A stretch of DNA of 64,000 bases. Source: Puniceicoccales bacterium (GTDB lineage Bacteria > Verrucomicrobiota > Verrucomicrobiia > Opitutales > UBA9783). Positions within the stretch are counted from its first letter, which is position 1, and each line of letters opens with the position of its first letter. This document shows, piece after piece, positions 40,453 through 50,509 of this stretch. The position numbers and the translations under genes were made by a program. The notes under the pieces were generated by a model. That model was given only the letters and a program-made list of their open reading frames with translations. It was not told the DNA's origin and did no database searches. Location of the stretch: assembly GCA_031278975.1 (NCBI GenBank), contig JAITJL010000001.1, forward strand, positions 21,680 to 85,679, given 5' to 3'.

Positions 40453-40923
40453 TCAGGAAAACGTAGGTGCAATTGTAACGGTTTGCTTGGGAGTGAGTAT
40501 ATAATTTTCGCCCTCACACCATTGGACATCGTTAATGAGTAGCTTAAATGTTATCGGTTGCCGTAGGTCGCATTCCCAGCACCAGTAATCGGTGTCTAAA
40601 TTTTGTAAGGCAATTCCTTTATCCCAACTTAAAGAAGCGCCTTCGCCGCGAATGAAGAGGATATTTCCCCAACCAATATTGGCAGTTACTTGAATACGTG
40701 CTTTATTTTTTTTAGCACTCGTACGAGAACGTTTAGGTTTGGTGGGAATATGCGCAGATTCTGTGCAGGCGCAAGCTTTTGATGCACATGCACATTTTTC
40801 TAAAAAAGGAGGATGTTGTAATTTTTTTGACATATTGCAATAATTTTTATTTAGTTTACGCATTTTAGGCTTACTGTTCAAGCTATAAAGTAAAAAAATT
40901 TCTCGCTGACGCATATTTTTCAT
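40453..40923 (-). CDS. Small CBM20-like (starch/glycogen-binding) domain protein
   Basis: The C-terminal ~90 aa, IQVTANIGWGNILFIRGEGASLSWDKGIALQNLDTDYWCWECDLRQPITFKLLINDVQWCEGENYILTP, follow the CBM20 pattern (VxFxV...GxxxxxxGxxxxLGxWd...W...KxxxxxxxxxWExGxN). The N-terminus contains CACASKACAC. The real start may be the internal ATG at 40833. Confidence 0.5.
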   Translation of the reverse strand: MKNMRQREIFLLYSLNSKPKMRKLNKNYCNMSKKLQHPPFLEKCACASKACACTESAHIPTKPKRSRTSAKKNKARIQVTANIGWGNILFIRGEGASLSWDKGIALQNLDTDYWCWECDLRQPITFKLLINDVQWCEGENYILTPKQTVTIAPTFS

Positions 40924-41013
40924 AATTTACTTGTCAAAAAAAGAGATTATCCGTAAATAAACAATCTTTATCAATTAATTTTAGTTGTTGCAATTTAAGG
41001 ACATTAACAAATC

Positions 41014-42540
41014 ATGAATGAGACAAACGGAGAACCGGAATTTTCTAAATTAAGACGCATATTTTTCCCCGTTCATCGGTATGAATTGAAAAAAGTTATT
41101 CCCATGGGAATGATTTTTTTCTTCATATTATTCAATTACACCTGCTTAAGGAATATTAAAGATTCTCTGGTTGTTACCAATACGGGTGCAGAAGCACTCT
41201 CTTACTTAAAGTTGTTTTGCGTAACACCCTCCGCCATCATATTTATGCTTTTGTACGCCAAAGCGAGCAATATTTTAAGTAACGAAAAATTGTTTTACGC
41301 CACTCTTTCACCTTTTATTTTATTTTTTGGATTGTTTGCGTTTGTCATTTACCCCAATCGTGGATGGTTTCATCCAACTGCAGCAACGATTGCAAGTTGG
41401 CAAGTCCAGTTACCTATTTTACATTGGCCACTCGCTTTGCTTGGCGTGTGGAGTTACAGCGTATTCTACGTTTTGTCAGAATTATGGGGAAGCGCACTAC
41501 TATCTTTATCCTTTTGGCAATTTGCAAATCAAGTAACACGCGTTTCTGAAGCCAAACGCGTCTACGCTTTTTTTGGTTTAATGGCCCAATTTTCCCTATT
41601 GTTTTCGGGTGTCTTGGGAGATTATTTTTCAAATATTTCGGATAAAGTAAGCCCTGATGTAGATCCATGGCAGATTTCCCTTAATTGGCTTATGGGTACC
41701 GTTGTTTTATTCGGTATCGTTACCATGTGTATTTACCGATGGATCTATAAATACGTTTTGACCGACAAACGTTTCTACGATAAGCCAGAGTTGCCAGGAG
41801 TCAAAAAGGGGAAGAAAAAAGCTGGACTCATTCAAAGTTTGAAGACGATCTTTACGTCGCCTTATTTAGGACTCATTGCCATGTTGGTCATTTGTTATGG
41901 GATCAGCGTCAACGTCATTGAAGGTTTATGGAAAAGTCAGCTGAAGTTACAATATCACAACGAAAATGATTACAACACGTTTATGAGTCGTTTTACGATA
42001 TTAACGGGACTTGCTTCCATCGTTATGTTAATTGTTGGAGGAAATATACTACGCATTTGCCGTTGGGTGGTCGCAGCAATGTCTACACCGGTTGTATTTT
42101 TGGTGGGTGGTACCATTTTCTTTTCATTTGTTTTATTTCGTCAAGAATTGACAGGTATATTGGTTCAGTGGGGCACCAATCCGGTTACCATGGCCGTATT
42201 TTTGGGGGCAACGATTGTGATTGCATCCAAATCCACCAAATATGCTTTGTTTGATCTAACAAAAGAAATGGCCTACATCCCCTTGGATGAAGAAATGAAA
42301 GTTAAAGGTAAAGCTGTCGTAGATGTTGTAGGGGGTCGTTTGGGTAAATCGGGAGGTGCTTTCATTCAAGTTGCTTTATTTTCTATTGTAAGCAGTTTAG
42401 CAGGCGTAAAAGCAACCTATTATCAAATTGTCCCTTACGTATTTGCTTTATTTATCTTGGGGTGTATTGTGTGGATTTTATCCGTAAGCGCTTTGGGGAA
42501 ACGTGTGGAAAATGCTAACAGAGAAGCGGGAGAGGCTTAA
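41014..42540 (+). CDS. tlc: ATP/ADP (nucleotide) translocase, TLC/NTT family
   Basis: 508 aa and polytopic. The N-terminus LRRIFFPVHRYELKKVIPMGMIFFFILFNYTCLRNIKDSLVVT is the hallmark TLC-family block. KSTKYALFDLTKEMAYIPLDEEMKVKGKAVVDVVGGRLGKSGGA is also family-typical. Confidence 0.9.
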   Translation: MNETNGEPEFSKLRRIFFPVHRYELKKVIPMGMIFFFILFNYTCLRNIKDSLVVTNTGAEALSYLKLFCVTPSAIIFMLLYAKASNILSNEKLFYATLSPFILFFGLFAFVIYPNRGWFHPTAATIASWQVQLPILHWPLALLGVWSYSVFYVLSELWGSALLSLSFWQFANQVTRVSEAKRVYAFFGLMAQFSLLFSGVLGDYFSNISDKVSPDVDPWQISLNWLMGTVVLFGIVTMCIYRWIYKYVLTDKRFYDKPELPGVKKGKKKAGLIQSLKTIFTSPYLGLIAMLVICYGISVNVIEGLWKSQLKLQYHNENDYNTFMSRFTILTGLASIVMLIVGGNILRICRWVVAAMSTPVVFLVGGTIFFSFVLFRQELTGILVQWGTNPVTMAVFLGATIVIASKSTKYALFDLTKEMAYIPLDEEMKVKGKAVVDVVGGRLGKSGGAFIQVALFSIVSSLAGVKATYYQIVPYVFALFILGCIVWILSVSALGKRVENANREAGEA

Positions 42541-42763
42541 CACACCCCAATTGGCATTCAAGCCATGGCATGTTCAAAGAGGGGAAGTTCATTCTTTATA
42601 TGCAAAATCAAGGATTTTTGACGCCTTAAAAGGTTTTAAGGGTTATGCTTGGAGAATAAGTTATTCTTTAGTGCCTACTTCCCCATTTAAACTGCGATTA
42701 TTTTGGCTATAAGCTTCATTTTTATGTTGAGCAAAAATTGGAGACTTATTTAATGTAAAAAGG

Positions 42764-43300
42764 ATGACGGTGACAACATTAGGGTATGTGGTAAGTGTTT
42801 TGTTGGTTTTTTTTGGGATATTTTTCAATTTAAATGCTTCGCAATTGGGTATAAATCTCTGCCGTTTATTGCGGAATAATTTTTTTGGAATAAGCATTTT
42901 TTTACTGGGAGCCTTGTGGTTTTTGTGGCACGTAGGTCACTTGTCCGAAGCAGATTTTGGCCAATACAAACATTGGTTAATTCTCTTATTCGTTTGCGTG
43001 TTTGGGGCCTGTTGCGTGTATTGGCAAGATTGGCTCGCCGTACGTGGCATTGCCCTCATAGCAATTTTAACCATGCATCCGTGCCTATCGGTTGGCTATA
43101 TGCAGCTACATCCGGTTCGTCCTTGGCTTTCGCTGTTATTTTACGTCGTGATTGTGATGGCCCTCTTTTTGGGAGTGTACCCTTACCGCATACGCGATTT
43201 TGTTGCATGGTCCTGCAAACAACTATTTGCATGGCCTATACGACTGATAGGACTGGCAAGTTTTGCCTATGGGATATTCATTCTTCATTACCTGCGCTAA
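42764..43300 (+). CDS. Hypothetical polytopic membrane protein
   Basis: 178 aa with about 5 hydrophobic segments and no recognised motif. Its stop lies 1 nt before the gmk ATG. Confidence 0.45.
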   Translation: MTVTTLGYVVSVLLVFFGIFFNLNASQLGINLCRLLRNNFFGISIFLLGALWFLWHVGHLSEADFGQYKHWLILLFVCVFGACCVYWQDWLAVRGIALIAILTMHPCLSVGYMQLHPVRPWLSLLFYVVIVMALFLGVYPYRIRDFVAWSCKQLFAWPIRLIGLASFAYGIFILHYLR

Positions 43301-43301
43301 A

Positions 43302-43889
43302 ATGAAAAGAAAGGATTTATTACTTGTTTTGACGGGAACATCGGGTAGCGGAAAAACAACCTTGTGCACACGCCTCCTAAAAAGTTTTCCTAACGTTGAT
43401 CGCGTTACTACAACGACGACGCGCCTACCGCGCCAGGGAGAAGTACATGGTGTAGATTATTATTTTTCTACTCAGGAAAATTTTTCCATGGGTATTGAAA
43501 AAAATGCGTACTTAGAATATTCAAAGGTTTACGATCACTACTATGGGCTTTCTAAAGAAGCGGTTGAGCAATCAAGTAGCGCAGGTAAAGATTTAGTTTT
43601 GTGCGTAGACGTACATGGGGCACAGACGTTAAAAAGACACTTTAATGCCACACAAAACGACCGTCGACTGATTTGTGTGTTTGTTAGCCCATCCAGTCTT
43701 ACGGAATTAAAGAATCGTTTGACTAATCGCGGAACCGACGATGTATGGACGATCCAAAAACGCCTTCAAACGGCTGAAAAAGAGTGGGCAACTTTACCTC
43801 AATTTGATTATTATCTGTGCAGTCAAGACAAAGAGTCCGATTGGCAATCTTTGCAGCATATTTATTTTGCAGAGAAAATGCGTATTTAA
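43302..43889 (+). CDS. gmk: Guanylate kinase
   Basis: An internal ATG (43302) of track ORF 43263..43889. P-loop LTGTSGSGKTTL, then TTTTRLPRQGEVHGVDYYF and YLEYSKVYDHYYG. Confidence 0.88.
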   Translation: MKRKDLLLVLTGTSGSGKTTLCTRLLKSFPNVDRVTTTTTRLPRQGEVHGVDYYFSTQENFSMGIEKNAYLEYSKVYDHYYGLSKEAVEQSSSAGKDLVLCVDVHGAQTLKRHFNATQNDRRLICVFVSPSSLTELKNRLTNRGTDDVWTIQKRLQTAEKEWATLPQFDYYLCSQDKESDWQSLQHIYFAEKMRI

Positions 43890-44299
43890 GCAATGTTTTC
43901 AATGTAAACCTCCGTGAGTCGTTGATTATTTGGAATAAATAATTGAGAAAGATTGAAATAGGCTATCCCCATTTTCCCTAACAAAGAATCGCGCGAGCAT
44001 GTTAGGATAATTTTTCCATTTTCACTAAAAACGCAACGGCCTTGTGGATCCACAACGATAGAAATGACAGAATTTGGATCATTGCGAAATTCGTTAAGTA
44101 AAGGGTCCGTATGTATGCCTTCCAATAACTCCGCTTTCATTTTGTTGAAAGTTTCTTTTGCACAACCTTTTCTCGACAACCGATTGAGAATTGCGCTAAG
44201 ATTAAGCGTACAAGTTTCGATACTTCGTATTTTGTTTAACGTTTGCTCAAGCAACGAAGTCCCGATATTGGATAATCCGCTGATAATTAAAGGATGCAT
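43886..44299 (-). CDS. Hypothetical protein
   Basis: 137-aa ORF that converges on gmk with a 4-nt overlap. No recognised motif. Confidence 0.4.
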   Translation of the reverse strand: MHPLIISGLSNIGTSLLEQTLNKIRSIETCTLNLSAILNRLSRKGCAKETFNKMKAELLEGIHTDPLLNEFRNDPNSVISIVVDPQGRCVFSENGKIILTCSRDSLLGKMGIAYFNLSQLFIPNNQRLTEVYIENIA

Positions 44300-44439
44300 A
44301 CTGGCATACGTAGCATTTATCGTGCCAACTTCTAGATAAACGCTTCAATTTGAGAATAAAATGTGGGTAGCTTGTAAGGGGAACGAACAAGTAAAATGTA
44401 TTGAAGTGCAATGAACCTTATATTACATTTGAAAAAGAA

Positions 44440-44516
44440 TGGCGCACCTCGAGGGAGTTGAACCCCCAACCTTCTGATCCGTAGTCAGATGCTCTATCCA
44501 ATTGAGCTAGAGGTGC
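44440..44516 (-). tRNA. tRNA-Arg (anticodon ACG), encoded CCA
   Basis: The reverse complement is GCACCTCTAGCTCAATTGGATAGAGCATCTGACTACGGATCAGAAGGTTGGGGGTTCAACTCCCTCGAGGTGCGCCA. It folds as a canonical cloverleaf with anticodon loop CTACGGA. Confidence 0.92.
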
Positions 44517-44791
44517 TCAGACACACAAAACATACTTATTGAAGCTTATGCAAATGCTGCGTCAACAAAAATATACCTTGAAATGTGAATAATAGACAAA
44601 AGTCGTATACATCTTTACGTCGCAAAAACCAAGCACATGTTTTGTTGAAAATGTTATTTTTGTCGGAAAAGTTATGATCTCATATTCAATGGATATTGGA
44701 TAGAACAATCATAAATGCTTCTTTTTAGCTATTTTTAAAAGGTAGTAAACGGATGCTTGCGAGTGATTTGAATATTGCATAATTCTTTGAT

Positions 44792-46078
44792 TTGTGCACA
44801 TTGAGATGCAATATGATTTGGATGTATAGAGTGTGTTTCTGGCCCATTTTTTTCTGTTTGTTACCTTATCATTTCTGGCGCATGTTTAAACGCGGTGGGT
44901 ACAGCACCTGTTGGTGGCATCGTTTGGGATTTGTCCCTAAAAATACGACCCAGATGCCAACCATTTGGCTACAGGCGGTGAGCGTTGGCGAAATAGAAGC
45001 TTTATTTCCTCTATTGACCGAATTAAAGCGTCGCAACATTTGCATCTATTTAACAACGACAACCTCTACAGGTTTTCAAATCGCACGCACGCGCTATGCT
45101 GATCTGGTACAATATATTGCCTATTTCCCACTCGATTTTTGGCTCTTTAATCGTACTGCTTGGCAACGTATCCATCCGATGTTAGCCGTCCTAATGGAAT
45201 CGGAATTATGGCCCGAACATTTACACGCAGCGCAGAAAAGAAACGTTAAGGTCTTGCTTATCAATGGACGCTGTTCAGATCGTTCTTTTAATTATTATAA
45301 AAAAATACCTCGGATAAGTAGGTGGTTGTTAAGCTATGTGGCAACAATTTTAGCAGCGAGTACTCAAGATCGGCAACGATTGATAACGTTGGGTTTCCCG
45401 AATGACAAGATTGTGGATGTAGGTAATTTAAAAATAGATGCCGCCGTAGCTAGACTAAATACGGTGGACAAAAACGACATCCAAAGAGAACAATTGGGAA
45501 TGCAATGGACGCATGCACGTATCCTTTTGGGAGCCTCAACGTGGCCTGGTGAAGAACAATTTTTGATAGAGTTATTCTTAGAAGCAAAAGAACATTGTCC
45601 TTCTTTGAAACTTATTTTGGTACCCAGGCACGTGGAACGTGCTTATGAAATTGTCAATTTATTGAAATGTTACACATCCGAATATACATTGAGATCTCAA
45701 TTGAAAAAAGATGCCGACGTATGTTTGGTCGATACGACGGGCGAACTGAACCAGTTTATTCGTTTGGCTGATTTTGTGTTTATCGGTAAAAGTTTACCCC
45801 CCAATCAAGGAGGGCAAACACCCATCGAGGCGGCTGTTGCAGGCAAACCCATCGTGTATGGACCTCATATGCAAAATTTTAGGGCTATTTGTCAAAGTTT
45901 AGAACAAATTGAAGGAGCCGTAAGATGTTCTACCAAAATCGAAGTGCAGCAGTGTTTACTTTACTGGATTCATCAACCTCATGCAGCCTATACTTTGGGA
46001 CAACGTGCGCAGGCATGGACCCAATGCAATTGTGGCGTTACGCAACGTATTCTAAAACATATCAATTTGTACGTTTAA
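44792..46078 (+). CDS. waaA: 3-deoxy-D-manno-octulosonic acid (Kdo) transferase
   Basis: IWLQAVSVGEIEALFPLLTELKRR (HAxSxGE-type block), ESELWPE, and C-terminal GGQTPIEAAVAGKPIVYGPHMQNF. The start may be the internal ATG at 44816. Confidence 0.88.
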   Translation: MCTLRCNMIWMYRVCFWPIFFCLLPYHFWRMFKRGGYSTCWWHRLGFVPKNTTQMPTIWLQAVSVGEIEALFPLLTELKRRNICIYLTTTTSTGFQIARTRYADLVQYIAYFPLDFWLFNRTAWQRIHPMLAVLMESELWPEHLHAAQKRNVKVLLINGRCSDRSFNYYKKIPRISRWLLSYVATILAASTQDRQRLITLGFPNDKIVDVGNLKIDAAVARLNTVDKNDIQREQLGMQWTHARILLGASTWPGEEQFLIELFLEAKEHCPSLKLILVPRHVERAYEIVNLLKCYTSEYTLRSQLKKDADVCLVDTTGELNQFIRLADFVFIGKSLPPNQGGQTPIEAAVAGKPIVYGPHMQNFRAICQSLEQIEGAVRCSTKIEVQQCLLYWIHQPHAAYTLGQRAQAWTQCNCGVTQRILKHINLYV

Positions 46079-46245
46079 TGCATTTTTTAATACAGACTAT
46101 GTTGCATACAACATTTTGATATTTATTTTTCTTAACCTCGAACATTTTTAATTCCTTCATATGGAGGGTTCAAAAATTTTTAAATAATTTTTTAACGCAA
46201 CAAAAAGCTTTTCAACGATTGATACTTTGGTGTAGTAAAAAGTCT

Positions 46246-47595
46246 ATGTTTGAATCATTATCCGAACGATTATCTCAAGTTTTTTCAAAATTATCCCGTA
46301 AAAAAAATTTAACGGAAGAAAATATAACAGATGCTCTCAATAATATTAAAACAGCTCTATTGGCCTCTGACGTTTCTTTTCAAATAGTACGAGATTTAAT
46401 TGCAGAAGTGAAGCATGCGTGCATCGGACAACGTGTCTTACAAAATATACAACCAGGCCAGCAAGTCATTAAAATTGTGTACGACAAGCTGGTTACGGTT
46501 CTAGGCGGAGAATTAGCCGCATTAAGTGACAAAAGGCCCTTGAATATTTTGTTGGTTGGCTTGCATGGTGCCGGAAAAACGACAAGCTGCGCAAAATTAG
46601 CCCAATTCTTAAAAAGCGCTGGAGGGCAACCCGGTTTGGTTGCTTGCGACATTTATCGTCCCGCCGCCATAGAACAGTTAAAAATACTCGGCCACCAGAT
46701 TAATGTGCCTGTCTTTGCTTACGACCATTGCGATGCTCTAACCATTGGCCAAAAAGCTCTCAAAGCATCTGCAGAAGCCGGTTGTACGGTGCTTATCTTT
46801 GATACCGCAGGTCGTCTGCAAATGGATTCACCTTTGATCGAAGAAGTTAAACAACTGAAAACGCTTATTCAGCCTGAAGAAATCTTATTAGTTGTGGACA
46901 GTGCATTGGGACAAGAAGCCGTAAACGTTGCAAAAACATTTAATGATGCCCTACAGTTAACAGGCCTTATTTTGACTAAATTAGATGGTGACGCGAAGGG
47001 AGGTGCGGCATTATCCATGAAAAGAGCTGTTAATATTCCCATAAAGTTTGCGGCTATTGGGGAAAAATTGGGAGATTTTGAGAAATTTTATCCCGATCGG
47101 ATGGCCAGTCGCATCCTCGGCATGGGAGACATCGTGTCTTTGGTTGAAAAAGCCCAAACTGAAATAGGAGATGCGGCTTTTGATCAAATCGCCCATCGAG
47201 CTTTTGAAGGAAACTTTACGATAGAAGATTTCTTAACGCAATTGCAGCAAATGAAAAAGTTAGGATCTGTGACCGGATTGGCAAAATGGTTGCCAGGCGT
47301 CCCCACTTTTAAAGCCAGTGAACAACAAGAGCGTGAATGGAAGCATATCGAAGCAATCATTTTATCCATGACTGTACAGGAACGAAAAAATCCTTGTTTG
47401 TTAAATTCTACATACCGCCGTTTGCGCATTTCAAAAGGTGCAGGGTTGCCTATTTCGGAGTTTAATCGCTTTTTAAAGCGCTACCAAACCATGAAGAAAA
47501 TATTTCAAAAGTTTCGTAAAGCGGACCCCTCACAACTACAAGGTATATTTCAATCGTTTCATAATGGGCAGTTCTTGAGCGGCAAGAAGGATTGA
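46246..47595 (+). CDS. ffh: Signal recognition particle protein Ffh
   Basis: An internal ATG (46246) of track ORF 46219..47595. MFESLSERLSQVFSKL..., GLHGAGKTTSCAKLA, DTAGRL, TKLDGDAKGGAALS, and an M-domain (LGMGDIVSLVEKA...). Confidence 0.94.
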   Translation: MFESLSERLSQVFSKLSRKKNLTEENITDALNNIKTALLASDVSFQIVRDLIAEVKHACIGQRVLQNIQPGQQVIKIVYDKLVTVLGGELAALSDKRPLNILLVGLHGAGKTTSCAKLAQFLKSAGGQPGLVACDIYRPAAIEQLKILGHQINVPVFAYDHCDALTIGQKALKASAEAGCTVLIFDTAGRLQMDSPLIEEVKQLKTLIQPEEILLVVDSALGQEAVNVAKTFNDALQLTGLILTKLDGDAKGGAALSMKRAVNIPIKFAAIGEKLGDFEKFYPDRMASRILGMGDIVSLVEKAQTEIGDAAFDQIAHRAFEGNFTIEDFLTQLQQMKKLGSVTGLAKWLPGVPTFKASEQQEREWKHIEAIILSMTVQERKNPCLLNSTYRRLRISKGAGLPISEFNRFLKRYQTMKKIFQKFRKADPSQLQGIFQSFHNGQFLSGKKD

Positions 47596-47604
47596 AAACA
47601 ATTC

Positions 47605-48099
47605 ATGAGACATTTATTACGCATTGTACCGACGCGCTGGATTTTAAACTGCGCTACGTTAGGTCCAATCGGTTATGTGGGTAAAATGCCGGGGACTTTG
47701 GGTAGCTTTATAGGTTTAATTTACTATACGTTGTTGTTTCATTCTTTTACACTCGCAAACTATTTATTAGGCTGCTTGGCAAGTTTTTATCTAGCTTGCG
47801 TTATCTGCAACGAAGCCGAAATTATTCTGCGTAAAAAGGATCCATCCTGCGTCATTTTAGACGAGATGGTTGCAATGCCGTTTTGCTTTATCGGGATGCA
47901 AGAGGTGATGCAACAATATCCCGTCTGGCTGTTCATGTTGTTAGGATTCACTTTATTTAGAATTTTTGACATCCTTAAACCTTTAGGCATAAAACGGATA
48001 CAAACCTTAAAAGGCGGATTAGGTATCGTCTTGGATGATGTGGTGGCCGCACTCGTTGTTTGTATTATTTTACACGTCCTATTTTGTGTCATCTTGTAG
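47605..48099 (+). CDS. pgpA: Phosphatidylglycerophosphatase A
   Basis: GPIGYVGKMPGTLGSFIGL and FRIFDILKPLGIKRIQ...GLGIVLDDVVAAL are PgpA family blocks. Confidence 0.85.
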   Translation: MRHLLRIVPTRWILNCATLGPIGYVGKMPGTLGSFIGLIYYTLLFHSFTLANYLLGCLASFYLACVICNEAEIILRKKDPSCVILDEMVAMPFCFIGMQEVMQQYPVWLFMLLGFTLFRIFDILKPLGIKRIQTLKGGLGIVLDDVVAALVVCIILHVLFCVIL

Positions 48100-48424
48100 C
48101 TCTGTTTGTACCGTTAAGAGCTCCTACCCCGTATTTACTTAAACGTTTTAAAAGAGGGTTATCACATACCTTGCCTTATTCGATAGAAAAATATGCAACT
48201 TCCGCAGAGGCGCTGTAATACCTGGAATGAAAGCGTATTTTATAATCTCAAAAGCGTACATATGCGATGAATTTTTTATGGAATATGGATGAAATTAAAG
48301 CGTAAGCTTAAATCCAAAGCAAAAGGAAATCCGATAACACGCTTAAGTTTTTTGGCACAGTCGCTTCCAAGCAGATCATTTCCGTGAATATCTAATTTCA
48401 AGCGCCTAGAATTTGTCATATCAA

Positions 48425-49108
48425 TTATTCCAAGAAACCTTCTTGCCTAAAAGAATATACTTTGTGTTGGCCGACAATTATATGATCTAAAAGTCTTAGA
48501 GAAATGATTTCTCCCACATATTTTAAAGTTTGCGTAAGTTGCAGGTCATTTTGTGAAGGAGAAGGATCTCCCGATGGATGGTTATGCGCAATCACAATGT
48601 GTGAAGCCCCACGTTTTAGGGCCGAACACATAACCTTTCTTGGATAGACAACCGTTCGATTTACGGTACCCTCTTCCAATCGCTCAATTCCATCATCCAT
48701 AAGCCGATAGTGTTGATCTAGGTACGCAACTTCAAAAACTTCGTATGTGAGACTTCTCAAACGTAACTCCCAGAAATTAACAAGTTCTTCGTTGTTTTTA
48801 AACAGAGGTCCACGTTTAGTTCTCTCTTGCAAATAATAAGCAGCCAATTCTTTGAGGATAGATAAACACGTTGCCGCACTTTCTCCTAATCCTTCAATAG
48901 CCTCAATAGATTCGTGGGAAGCATCCAATACCCGCCCTATGGACCCAAACTTACCAAGTAAGGCTTTTGCTTGAGGTTTTACATCTTTGCGCGGTATGCA
49001 CAAAGTTAACAATAATTCTAATATTTCATGATCCGAAAATCCCTGGAGTCCACTTTTACGGAAACGTTCTCGCAAGCGAGCACGGTGTCCCTCCGAATGA
49101 GTCGTCAT
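48425..49108 (-). CDS. radC: RadC-family (JAMM/MPN-like) protein
   Basis: N-terminal HhH region (GHRARLRERF...SDHEILELLL) and the JAMM motif AHNHPSGDPSPSQNDLQLT. Confidence 0.88.
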   Translation of the reverse strand: MTTHSEGHRARLRERFRKSGLQGFSDHEILELLLTLCIPRKDVKPQAKALLGKFGSIGRVLDASHESIEAIEGLGESAATCLSILKELAAYYLQERTKRGPLFKNNEELVNFWELRLRSLTYEVFEVAYLDQHYRLMDDGIERLEEGTVNRTVVYPRKVMCSALKRGASHIVIAHNHPSGDPSPSQNDLQLTQTLKYVGEIISLRLLDHIIVGQHKVYSFRQEGFLE

Positions 49109-49523
49109 ATAGATTCAACAATTGCCATAAATAATTTTTTACCTCTGTCCACACATTTGTGCGTACGCGCATGTAAGTCCTACTATTTTTAACTTGAGAG
49201 ACGCAATAGAGTTTTGTTGCCTTCAGATGGGAATCAGCATCCAACACGCTAAACAATGTTTGCATCCGATTTTGGGTGGGCCTCTTATCCAAAACACCTG
49301 CACACAATCTTTGCAATTTTAAAACTTTGAGAAGGGGTCCATACGTACCGTTCTGAGGTCCCAACATGGACTACGATTTCAAGATCCAAGTTTGCTTTCT
49401 GCAATCTTAAAATTTGAAATTCGCAAATGGATTGCCATAAAAGCTGTTCAAAAGATGCGCGAGTTAAATATGATGATAGTAGAAAATACAAATCTTGCGT
49501 TTCACGTTTTTGCATGCTAGATT

Positions 49524-50255
49524 TTGGCCATGCAACATCACACTTTACCCTGCGAGCTAATGATTTCTTTAGATTGCATAACGGATAAAGAGGCGTTTGA
49601 TTTCTTGTCAAAAATTGGTCACAATGTGGAATGGGTACGTGTTACAAATCAACTATTTTTCCCTTATGGAGTAGCCTTACTTCAACAGTTAAGCAATTAC
49701 GGATACAAGATTTTTTTAGACATCCGACTTTCGGATACGCCGCTATCGATGGCAGCGAGTATTTTAAGTCTACACCATCAACCTATCGACCAGATCAGCG
49801 TTCAACTCATCCAAGGATTACCTTCACTGCAGTTTGCTCAAACTGCCCTCAAACAATCTTTACCGAATGCACAACTAGTTGCAACCACTCTTTTATACCA
49901 CCTGCATCGTTATGAAACTTTGCCAAAAATTTTTAACCATTTGAGCAAAAATTTAATGAACTATTATTACCGACTGGCCGTAGCTGCAAAAATTTATCAC
50001 GTTATGTGTACGGCTTACGAGTTTCCATTTTTGTTAAAACACTTTGGCGCGCACTTTACCTACACAATTTACGGTAGCGAATTGAATGAGACACAGGAAC
50101 GGTATCCATTTTTTAAAATGGCTAAGCGTGGTGCAAAAACGCTTATTCTGGGAGAATCATGCCTTAAACAGAAGGACCCTGAAGCGTATATTCTTAAAAT
50201 TCGTGAAGAAATCGCCCAGGCATTGGTTACTTCAAGCGAGATTTATACGGTGTAA
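49524..50255 (+). CDS. Orotidine-5'-phosphate decarboxylase-like protein with substituted catalytic motifs
   Basis: LMISLDCITDKEAFDFLSKIGHNVEWVRVTNQLFFPYGVALLQQLSNYGYKIFLDIRLSDTPLS is colinear with PyrF (vvALD...KvG.elf...G...v..L...g..iFLDlKfhDIPnT). However, DxKxxD reads DIRLSD, and the PGIR and GRP blocks are not recognisable. Confidence 0.55.
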   Translation: MAMQHHTLPCELMISLDCITDKEAFDFLSKIGHNVEWVRVTNQLFFPYGVALLQQLSNYGYKIFLDIRLSDTPLSMAASILSLHHQPIDQISVQLIQGLPSLQFAQTALKQSLPNAQLVATTLLYHLHRYETLPKIFNHLSKNLMNYYYRLAVAAKIYHVMCTAYEFPFLLKHFGAHFTYTIYGSELNETQERYPFFKMAKRGAKTLILGESCLKQKDPEAYILKIREEIAQALVTSSEIYTV

Positions 50256-50509
50256 GACCTATTTTTAGTAGTTTGTGCTTTTAAAATACGTCTTCGCAAG
50301 GTTGTACTACCATATTTCACGCTTGGCGAAGGTGATTCAGCGATCATGAAACCTTTCCAAAGCACGTAATCTTTGAGTACAACATCACAGAGTAAATATC
50401 CATACATCATTTGGGAAAGCTTTGCAAGCAACCATTGTCCCTTCAAGTAACGAAAAGACACCCACACCTTGATGGCCATTCGTCCGCTGGTGCTTTCTGA
50501 AATTTCTAT

